Assembly (NCBI RefSeq): GCF_000025685.1
Contig: NC_013967.1
Span: 2,160,001-2,192,000, forward strand
DNA: 32,000 bases
Reading direction: 5' to 3'
Source: Haloferax volcanii DS2
GTDB taxonomy: Archaea; Halobacteriota; Halobacteria; Halobacteriales; Haloferacaceae
Positions 1 through 6,148 of this stretch are shown here, in pieces. Numbering within the stretch: position 1 is the first letter of the stretch; each line of letters opens with the position of its first letter. The notes beneath the pieces were generated by a model, which ran no database searches, was not told where the DNA came from, and was given only the letters and a program-made list of their open reading frames with translations. Made by a program: the position numbers and the translations under genes.

Positions 1-219
1 ATGCACGGTGATCTGTATGCTACCTATGATATGAATATCGCTACAACAGCAATGTTGTTCTTCGCTCTAACAGCACACTCTGTTCTTCAGGTGATTGCTG
101 ATAAAGACGAAGCAGGAGAAGATATTCCCTCAATTATGGAAGAGATCAGAGAAGCGAATGAGGAGATTGAGGCAGAGGATGTTGATGCCGGTGAGGCACT
201 GGGCGCATTCTTATCATAA
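1..219 (+). CDS. hypothetical protein (island cargo), 5' end possibly cut by window edge
   Basis: The frame is open from base 1. It has a hydrophobic stretch (ATTAMLFFALTAHSVL) followed by an acidic tail (EEIREANEEIEAEDVDAGE). It lies in the low-G+C block. No family recognised. Confidence 0.3.
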   Translation: MHGDLYATYDMNIATTAMLFFALTAHSVLQVIADKDEAGEDIPSIMEEIREANEEIEAEDVDAGEALGAFLS

Positions 220-277
220 AGCAACTGAAAGGAGGCGTCACGGCACTAATTCCTTTTTCGCTATTCAATCTCATATC

Positions 278-430
278 GTGGGGAAGATTAGATCTAAACA
301 GTATTTTGAAGCTGAGCAGTTGCTAGAGGAGATCAGTTCCTGGACGGAGGATGAGGTCGAGGGTTTGCCGCGTTTGTATCGTGAGAAGGCAAGGGAATTT
401 CGGCGGCTAGCGAACACGGGCCAGGAGTAA
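278..430 (+). CDS. possible small helical protein (50 aa, GTG start)
   Basis: This is the non-overlapping tail of ORF 95..430 (VGKIRSKQYFEAEQLLEEISSWTEDEVEGLPRLYREKAREFRRLANTGQE). The sequence is charged and helical-looking. Evidence is weak and the start is not supported by any signal. Confidence 0.2.
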   Translation: MGKIRSKQYFEAEQLLEEISSWTEDEVEGLPRLYREKAREFRRLANTGQE

Positions 431-463
431 CTGGTTTCCTGTTCTTTCTTTCTATTACTTGGT

Positions 464-859
464 GTGGATTACTACGAAGACTCGTCGGGTTTTGATGTGG
501 AAGATTTTCTGGAGGATTCGGGTCGTCGGCAGGAGCAGCGGTTAGAGGAGGAGCTAGAGAGGATTGAAGAGCAGCTGGATCAGCGGTATCAGTTGTTTCA
601 GGAGTCCTTGGAGGAGTTGACGTCAAGCCTTGAGCAGGCCGTCGATGAGTTGAATGAAGAGTATCAGAGCTTCTTTTCAGGCCAATCTGAGGAACGTATA
701 CAGAATTTGAAGGGGGAGATCGAGGAGTTCTATCGTTTGATCCGGGAGGAGAGGCAGAGTCATTGGAGTGATCGACAGCGTTTGGAAAAGGAGAGAAGAG
801 AGATACTACGTGAGCTGGAGGAGTTGGAGGAGCTTGATTCGGTTTCTGACCTACTGTAG
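464..859 (+). CDS. acidic coiled-coil protein, unknown function
   Basis: 131-aa ORF with a GTG start. It is strongly E/L/Q/R-rich with heptad-like runs (RLEEELERIEEQLDQRYQLFQESLEELTSSLEQAVDELNEE). It lies in the low-G+C block and converges on the orc gene with a 9-nt overlap. Confidence 0.5.
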   Translation: MDYYEDSSGFDVEDFLEDSGRRQEQRLEEELERIEEQLDQRYQLFQESLEELTSSLEQAVDELNEEYQSFFSGQSEERIQNLKGEIEEFYRLIREERQSHWSDRQRLEKERREILRELEELEELDSVSDLL

Positions 860-1873
860 GCCGGTAAGCCGGATCTCCCGTGTCTTCCCTTTCTCTCCTC
901 CGTAATGGTAGTCAGCTGAGATCAGATTGAGCTGTTCAAGCTGTTTCAGGTAGTCGCTGATCCGACGGCCAGACAACGGTGTACTGCCTCTTTCATCCAC
1001 GATTATCTCGTATCGATTGTAGATGCTTCCAGTGTTGACGACCGGCCCGGACTCCTGGGAGATCTCGGCGATTGCCTGGTAGAGGATTTTGTGGTGCTGA
1101 GATAGTGGTGATAACTGATTTTCGACGTAGAGACTGTATGCCTTCTCCTGAAGCCTTTTGACTAATTCTTCGGTGACGACATCGTCGGCGTTGTTGACTG
1201 CAGTTCTGAACCAAGTAAGCGCATACCCGGTGTTCTGTGTTGAGGAGGCGATGTAGGTTAACGCGGCTCGGTGTACTGTCCGGGGTTTCAGGCTTTTCGA
1301 GGCCCTGTCAGCAAGGATTTCATACGTCTGTTCTCCGGTGTAGGGTTCGAATCCGATTCTCTGTGGTTGCAGGGTGCTGTATGTCCGTGGTTCGACTTGT
1401 TCTTCGAGATCCTGGTGATTGGCCGTGATCAGAACTAATCCGAGGTTGCCGTTTGTCTCTAGACGGGATAGAAAGTACAGTAGGTCGTCGCCATCGTTGA
1501 GAAGCAGGAAGTCTAACTCATCTAGTACGATGATGGTTTCGACAGCTCCTGTTCCCTCCTTGATCTTTCTTTGTAGCTCGGAGGTGTGGTGGCCGGTTCC
1601 GATTGATTCTCCGGTTAGCTCTGAGTAGATTTTCCGTAGGGCCTTGTACTGAGTGTCGTATTCGATGCAGGAAAGATAGCAGACCTTTGCTTCAGCTTCC
1701 TCTAGAGTTTTCTTGGTGAGATGTGTTTTCCCGGTGCCACGAGGCCCGTGTAGATGTATATTGTGTAGCTGTTTTGCAGCCTGGGTGAGCTGTTGGGTTT
1801 CAGAGTCTCTATTGACTACTTTTTCAGGGACGTGGCCTTGTTCAAGTGGTATTTCATCGTTGGCGAGTTCCAT
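851..1873 (-). CDS. Orc1/Cdc6-type AAA+ replication initiator paralog (compact, 340 aa)
   Basis: Walker A is LHGPRGTGKTHL and Walker B is IIVLDELDFL. An N-terminal NRDSE element matches the gRexE position of archaeal Orc1/Cdc6. A C-terminal winged-helix-like tail is present (LSGRRISDYLKQLEQLNLI). Confidence 0.85.
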   Translation of the reverse strand: MELANDEIPLEQGHVPEKVVNRDSETQQLTQAAKQLHNIHLHGPRGTGKTHLTKKTLEEAEAKVCYLSCIEYDTQYKALRKIYSELTGESIGTGHHTSELQRKIKEGTGAVETIIVLDELDFLLLNDGDDLLYFLSRLETNGNLGLVLITANHQDLEEQVEPRTYSTLQPQRIGFEPYTGEQTYEILADRASKSLKPRTVHRAALTYIASSTQNTGYALTWFRTAVNNADDVVTEELVKRLQEKAYSLYVENQLSPLSQHHKILYQAIAEISQESGPVVNTGSIYNRYEIIVDERGSTPLSGRRISDYLKQLEQLNLISADYHYGGEKGKTREIRLTGLQ

Positions 1874-1914
1874 ACTGGTTTAGGAAAGGTGGAGTGTTAC
1901 GGGGGTTGAGCTTC

Positions 1915-1984
1915 ACCAGGTTTCGTATGAGAAAATTGAGTGTAACTGATTTTGATATAGCCTTGGTTCCAAGCGAAACGTGGT
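1915..1984. other. candidate replication-origin core: inverted 11-mers flanking an AT-rich spacer between divergent orc genes
   Basis: ACCAGGTTTCG (1915-1925) and CGAAACGTGGT (1974-1984) are 10/11 reverse complements. They flank a ~48-bp AT-rich stretch (tatgagaaaattgagtgtaactgattttgatatag...). The right copy lies within TTCCAAGCGAAACGTGGTCCGGGG, which loosely resembles the haloarchaeal ORB pattern (TTCCA..GAAAC plus G-string). Confidence 0.3.
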
Positions 1985-2009
1985 CCGGGGAAGCAATATT
2001 TCAAAATAG

Positions 2010-2873
2010 GTGAGTTACTACAAACCATATATTCTCCAACAAGTTTTGGGGAGAGAGGGGGTTGTAACTCGAAGAATGTTTAATGAGACTTCGGAATCTG
2101 GTAGCGGCGTACTCCGGTCTGAATCCTACCTGACGACAGACTACTTGCCTGACGAACCGGTGGGTAGAGAAGCTGAAATCAATTCGATAGCTGATGCTGT
2201 CCGGCCTTTAGCCCGGAGAAAGAAACCAGATAATCTGTTAGTGTATGGGCCGGCGGGCGTGGGTAAGACCACCTGTGTCAAGTACGTATTCGACCGGTTG
2301 GAGGAAGAAGCAGGCGTCAAGTCGGTGTACATCAACTGCTGGCAGTACAACACACGTTCCTCCCTGCTTACAGAGCTCTTGATCCAGCTCGGATATCCAG
2401 CACCTCGAAAAGGAAAACCAGTCGACGAACTACTATCGAAAATCCGCGAATGGATGGACAAGAACCGTGGAGTAGCCCTGGCTCTCGACGAATTCGACCA
2501 ACTGGAAGATCGGACAGAGGTGATCTACGACCTGCAGATGCTGAACGAGGAGGCAGAGAACTCGCTGGGAATCGTAATGGTATCCAACCATCACCCATCC
2601 AAAGTCCAGCTAGATCCACGCAGTCGCTCCCGCCTCAATTGCCACACACTACAATTCAACTCATACGACACACCACAACTAATCAACATACTAGAGAGCC
2701 GAGCAGAACAGGCCTTCAGACCCGGAGCAGTACCCGACGAAGTAATCGAAGAAATCGCAGAACAAGTCGCAGAAAACAGCGGAGACTGCAGACAAGCCCT
2801 CAGCACACTACTAAGAGCAGGAAGGAAAGCCGATAGACAAGGTGTAAACAGTGTTGGCGATATTGAGATCTGA
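2010..2873 (+). CDS. Orc1/Cdc6-type AAA+ protein, C-terminally truncated (no winged-helix domain)
   Basis: It has the motif YLPDEPVGREAEI, Walker A VYGPAGVGKTT, Walker B ALALDEFDQL, and a lid segment GDCRQALSTLLRAG. The ORF stops ~25 aa after the lid (..NSVGDIEI*). Full-length homologs continue ~100-130 aa into a winged-helix (WH) DNA-binding domain. The ATG at 2076 (MFNETSES) is an alternative start. Confidence 0.8.
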   Translation: MSYYKPYILQQVLGREGVVTRRMFNETSESGSGVLRSESYLTTDYLPDEPVGREAEINSIADAVRPLARRKKPDNLLVYGPAGVGKTTCVKYVFDRLEEEAGVKSVYINCWQYNTRSSLLTELLIQLGYPAPRKGKPVDELLSKIREWMDKNRGVALALDEFDQLEDRTEVIYDLQMLNEEAENSLGIVMVSNHHPSKVQLDPRSRSRLNCHTLQFNSYDTPQLINILESRAEQAFRPGAVPDEVIEEIAEQVAENSGDCRQALSTLLRAGRKADRQGVNSVGDIEI

Positions 2874-2910
2874 TTAATGGAGAGGACCTCCAATCCGCAG
2901 GGTGCAACAG

Positions 2911-3237
2911 TTAGTCAGCGTCTTTCAAGATGCGGATTTGAGTAAGGCCTTCCGAGTCTATAGTTGTATCAAAATCTGCTGGCTCCCCGTCTAGGAGAAC
3001 CGTGAAATCCGGTTCAACCCCGTTTTTGGCCTGTCTTTCTGCGGCAGAATGTAGTTCTTCAAGCGTCGACTCCAGTTCTTCATCAAGTCCGGGAGTGAGA
3101 AGATGGGCTACTATTTCACGTAAACTCAGGCCTTTAGAGACCCGGAATACTGGCCCGTTTTCAAACTGAACTCTAACGGTTTCTGTATCCGTATCTGGAA
3201 AGCTTCTATCCTCCATAGTATGAATTACGGCGTCCAA
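2911..3237 (-). CDS. small acidic hypothetical protein (108 aa)
   Basis: Clean ATG ORF with acidic composition typical of halophile proteins, in the low-G+C block. No family recognised. Confidence 0.45.
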   Translation of the reverse strand: MDAVIHTMEDRSFPDTDTETVRVQFENGPVFRVSKGLSLREIVAHLLTPGLDEELESTLEELHSAAERQAKNGVEPDFTVLLDGEPADFDTTIDSEGLTQIRILKDAD

Positions 3238-3303
3238 AATTTATCAGTTATAACTCTGCCTCTTCCACAAGTAAGTACTAACGAACACCCTCTTTACGAG
3301 CGC

Positions 3304-3536
3304 ACTCAACGTGCGCATAATCATCAATACTCTCAATATACATCGGTGTTCCCTGATCCCTGTTCTTCCCGTTCCCACAGAACCGACAAGTTCTGGCCAT
3401 ACTACAGATCCAGAAATACGACTCCTCCACAATAGGCCTTTACCCGCACATCACCCAACACCAGTCTCCAAGAACTTTAATTTCTAAAATACTGCTTATA
3501 AGTCCGTTAGACTCTAGTGCAAAGCGCACGTTGAGT
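3304..3536. repeat. 13-bp perfect inverted repeat pair bracketing ~207 bp of apparently non-coding DNA
   Basis: ACTCAACGTGCGC (3304-3316) has its exact reverse complement GCGCACGTTGAGT at 3524-3536. The left copy is itself part of a small hairpin, GCGCAC-tcaac-GTGCGC (3300-3316). Confidence 0.6.
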
Positions 3537-3542
3537 CTAACG
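3505..3542 (-). terminator. 10-bp perfect stem-loop at the G+C transition; possible terminator of CDS 3690..4787 or an island-border element
   Basis: CGTTAGACTC (3505-3514) pairs with GAGTCTAACG (3533-3542). On the minus strand it is followed by a T-rich tract (..cagtatttta..). A second hairpin, GGCACTC/GAGTGCC, lies at 3559-3590. Confidence 0.3.
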
Positions 3543-3689
3543 TTAGTTATGAGGCCTCGGCACTCATAGGGCTCCGCATCACCGAGTGCCTAGTTCGGTT
3601 CGGAGCGGTGCCGTCGTCATCGGCCACTTCGTTTTCGCTCCGCACCCGAGTAATCACCATCGGTCTCGCCCGCCCCGCAACCGACTCGC

Positions 3690-4787
3690 TCACGTCTTCT
3701 CCAACACGGACACGTCGATGCGGGGGTACCGCACGCCGCCCGAAATCGAGCCTTCGCCGGCGACGACGCCCCAGAGCCGGACGCGCTCGTCGGCGAGCAG
3801 TCGAAAGCCGATGTCGTCGTCGAAAAACCGGCCGGTCGGCCAGCGAGCGACCACGTCGCCGCTGAGTCGTCCCCGGTCGTCCTCGACGGCGACGAGCGCC
3901 AGTCGGACCTCGTCGCGTTCCATCGTCTCCTCGACGCGGCCGGCGTAGGTGACGGCCGTCCCCGTGTACGTCTCGGGGCGCTCCCGGAGGTCGGCGTAGG
4001 GGATCGTCGTCGCGTTCGCCGGCGTCGAGACCGCAGTCGTTCGGTTCGGCAGGGTCGACTCCTCCGAGAGCGGCTGTGGCGTCGGGACCGACCACTCGAC
4101 GGGCGGGAGGCGCACGTCCGGGAGGCGGGCGTCGAGCCACGCCACACGGCGGGCGACCGCGGCGCGGAGTTCCGGCGACTGCTGGACAACATCCGAGACG
4201 CGCTCGACGGCGAGGTAGGTGACGAGGCCGCCGGCGACGTAGGTGCCGGCCTTCGTGAGCGCCTCGCGGCGGGTGAGTCGGTCGGCCGCGTCGTTCTCGT
4301 CGGCCTCATCGTCTTCTGGGTCTTCGGCGTCGTCGTCGTCGCCCTCGGAGTCGAGACCCCCGCCCTCGCCGTCGCTCGCACCGTCTCCCTCGGCGGCGAG
4401 GTCGCGGACGAACGACTCGACGCCCGTCTCGCGGATTTCGACGGCGATGGCCGGCGCGTCGAGGACGACGAGCCCGGGGCGGTGGGCGTCGGGTGCGACG
4501 CGGCCGCCGCCGACCGCCGCCACGTAGGGTTCGATACCGGCGCGCTCGCACCGCCGGACGAACGCGCTCGCCTTGTCCGCGGTGACAGTTCCCGTCGACG
4601 TCATCCAGATTCGGATCTCGCGTTTCGCGCCCTCGGGCGTCTTCCCGACAGCGTCCACGTGCACGTCAGGACCGCGGAAGCGGACGCGCGTCTGGTAGCC
4701 CCGCGCCCTCCAGACGCGCTCGAAGACGGCGGCGAGTTCGACGTCGGTGCGGTCCGAAACGACCGACGTGAGACGGGGCGCTGTCAT
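3690..4787 (-). CDS. hypothetical protein: N-terminal restriction-endonuclease (Mrr_cat)-like domain, acidic linker, possible TM helix, C-terminal beta-rich domain
   Basis: 365 aa with G/C-rich third codon positions. The N-terminus (ELAAVFERVWRARGYQTRV..PDVHVDAVGK..EIRIWMTSTGTV..FVRRCERAGIEPYV) follows the layout of Mrr_cat-type REase domains, but the (E/Q)xK position reads IWM. A D/E-rich linker follows (DSEGDDDDAEDPEDDEADEND). Next comes a hydrophobic AGTYVAGGLVTYLAV segment and then a ~130-aa C-terminal domain. Confidence 0.6.
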   Translation of the reverse strand: MTAPRLTSVVSDRTDVELAAVFERVWRARGYQTRVRFRGPDVHVDAVGKTPEGAKREIRIWMTSTGTVTADKASAFVRRCERAGIEPYVAAVGGGRVAPDAHRPGLVVLDAPAIAVEIRETGVESFVRDLAAEGDGASDGEGGGLDSEGDDDDAEDPEDDEADENDAADRLTRREALTKAGTYVAGGLVTYLAVERVSDVVQQSPELRAAVARRVAWLDARLPDVRLPPVEWSVPTPQPLSEESTLPNRTTAVSTPANATTIPYADLRERPETYTGTAVTYAGRVEETMERDEVRLALVAVEDDRGRLSGDVVARWPTGRFFDDDIGFRLLADERVRLWGVVAGEGSISGGVRYPRIDVSVLEKT

Positions 4788-4880
4788 TGCGTCCGAGGTG
4801 CCGGGCGAGGCTGTTAGGTGTTTGCGCCCGGTTCTCGGCGTTGAGAACGCGCGGCCTCGGGAGCGGGCACGGACGCCGCC

Positions 4881-5231
4881 TCAGCCGAGGAATCGGACGG
4901 CGGCGTCGGCGGCCATGTAGCCGAGCCACTTCGACCACGTCACCACGAACCCGGGGAGGCGGCTGTCGAACGCCCGCGAGACGTAGGCGTACGACCCCGC
5001 CGCGCCGGGGAAAGTCGTCGCCATCCAGCCGTAGTTGAGCGCGATACTCATCGCCAGCAGCCCCGAGAGGACGACGACGAGGATGACGCTCGGTCCCGTC
5101 GTCGAACTCGCCGCGCCGAGGGTGACGAACAGCCCCGCGCCGAGGGTGCCCGCGACCACGGTGCTCACCGCGCCGAACAACCCGATGTCCCGCGAGAGGC
5201 TCCGTCCGTCGTTCACGTCTACCGATGACAT
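4881..5231 (-). pseudogene. amino-acid permease (APC superfamily) N-terminal fragment, 3'-truncated
   Basis: The 116 aa match the first ~3 TM helices of APC permeases (RDIGLFGAVSTVVAGTLGAGLFVTLG..SIALNYGWMATTFPGAAGSYAYVSRAF..FVVTWSKWLGYMAA). Full-length proteins are more than 400 aa. The frame then hits a stop, and no continuation is seen in any frame of 4788-4880. A TATA-like CTTTAC sits 24 nt upstream. Confidence 0.7.
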
Positions 5232-5332
5232 GCTATCACATGGGTCAGTTGTCGCGTAAAGTACCCCCCCCTCTCATGAGTGGGGTGAGCGCCGACCCGT
5301 CGGCTTTCGGCCCGGAGAACCGAAACGCGGCG

Positions 5333-6019
5333 TCAGTAGTCTCCGAGCAGTTTCGATTCGGCTCTCCGGAGGTGTTCGAGGAGCGTCGCCTTCGAGATGT
5401 CCAACTCCGCCGCCAGCGACGCCGCGCTCACCTCGCGGGGCCAGGAGTAGTAGCCGCGGCGGCGGGCCAGTTCTACACCTCGCGCTGGCGTTCGGAGAGC
5501 GCGTCGGTCCGGAACATGCCGCCGCCGTCTTCGGGGGCGGTGATGAGTTCCACGTCGATGTCGGCGTTTCGCTCCGCTCGAATCTCCTCTACGCTCGTGG
5601 ACCGTCTGGCGCGTCTCGTGGACGAGCACGGTCCAGCGCTCGCGGCCGCCCTGCATCCGAACCGGCTCGTCGGGGATGAACCCGCGGGAGACGAGGGCGT
5701 CGTTGATGGAGTTCCCGAGGTCGTAGCGGACGACGATACCGCGGGCCGCGCTCCCCGGGACCCCGACGTCGCCGTCGTGGTCGTCGGTCTCCCACACCGA
5801 CTCGGTCAGTGGGGACTCGCGGACGGCTGCGAGCAGGTCGTCCACCTCCTCGACCGTGTCGGCGTAGGCGGTGAAACGCCCGTTGGCGAGGCCGTCTATC
5901 TCGTGGACGCCGTGACCGAGCAGGCCGCCGCTCGTCTCCGCGGTCACTTGGAGCGTCCAGCAGTCGGGGTGCCAGATGTCGAGACAGACGCGAACGCCCT
6001 GCGCACCCTCTCGTGCCAT
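5333..6019 (-). pseudogene. HTH_10 (bacterio-opsin-activator-type HTH) transcription regulator disrupted by two compensating frameshifts
   Basis: The N-terminus (MAREGAQGVRVCLDIWHPDCWTLQV...) and C-terminus (ELARRRGYYSWPREVSAASLAAELDISKATLLEHLRRAESKLLG) are in one frame. The 39 codons between ~5592 and ~5476 read sensibly only in another frame (VEEIRAERNADIDVELITAPEDGGGMFRTDALSERQREV, then TAG). The annotated frame gives an Arg-rich nonsense stretch there (RRGDSSGAKRRHRRGTHHRPRRRRRHVPDRRALRTPARG). Confidence 0.75.
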
Positions 6020-6148
6020 TCGTTGGCATGGAAGGGTGCTCGCCGGGCAAAAAGGAATCCCACCTGACGCGACGGGCCGCGACGGCCGAGAGGGCGGACC
6101 GCCGCGGCAGTCGCGTCCGTCTGCGGCCGGTCGTGGCACCTCGCGGCG

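Noticed and set aside
3220-3435. ORFs 3220..3435 (+) and 3244..3432 (-) in the island's right arm
   Set aside because: Both are basic or neutral, and rich in Cys, His and Tyr. They show no acidic halophile signature, no start-site signals and no family resemblance. I treated the region as non-coding DNA between the 13-bp inverted repeats.
3430-3690. Search for a tRNA/tmRNA gene as integration target at the island border
   Set aside because: No cloverleaf-compatible sequence is visible: no GTTCGAATC-like T-arm and no acceptor-stem pairing. The hairpins present are simple stem-loops.
3547-4381. ORFs 3547..4140 and 3617..4381 (-), 197 and 254 aa
   Set aside because: They are off-frame translations overlapping CDS 3690..4787. 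They have extreme Arg/Pro/Ser content.
5470-5600. Possibility of programmed ribosomal frameshifting in the HTH_10 gene
   Set aside because: Two shifts of opposite sign would be needed. Neither site shows a slippery heptamer or a downstream structure, so indel mutations or sequencing errors are the simpler explanation.
6020-6139. Upstream extension of the HTH_10 ORF to ATG 6139
   Set aside because: The extra 40 aa (MPRPAADGRDCRGGPPSRPS...) are Arg/Pro-rich and unlike family N-termini, which start near MAREGAQGVRV.. (ATG 6019).
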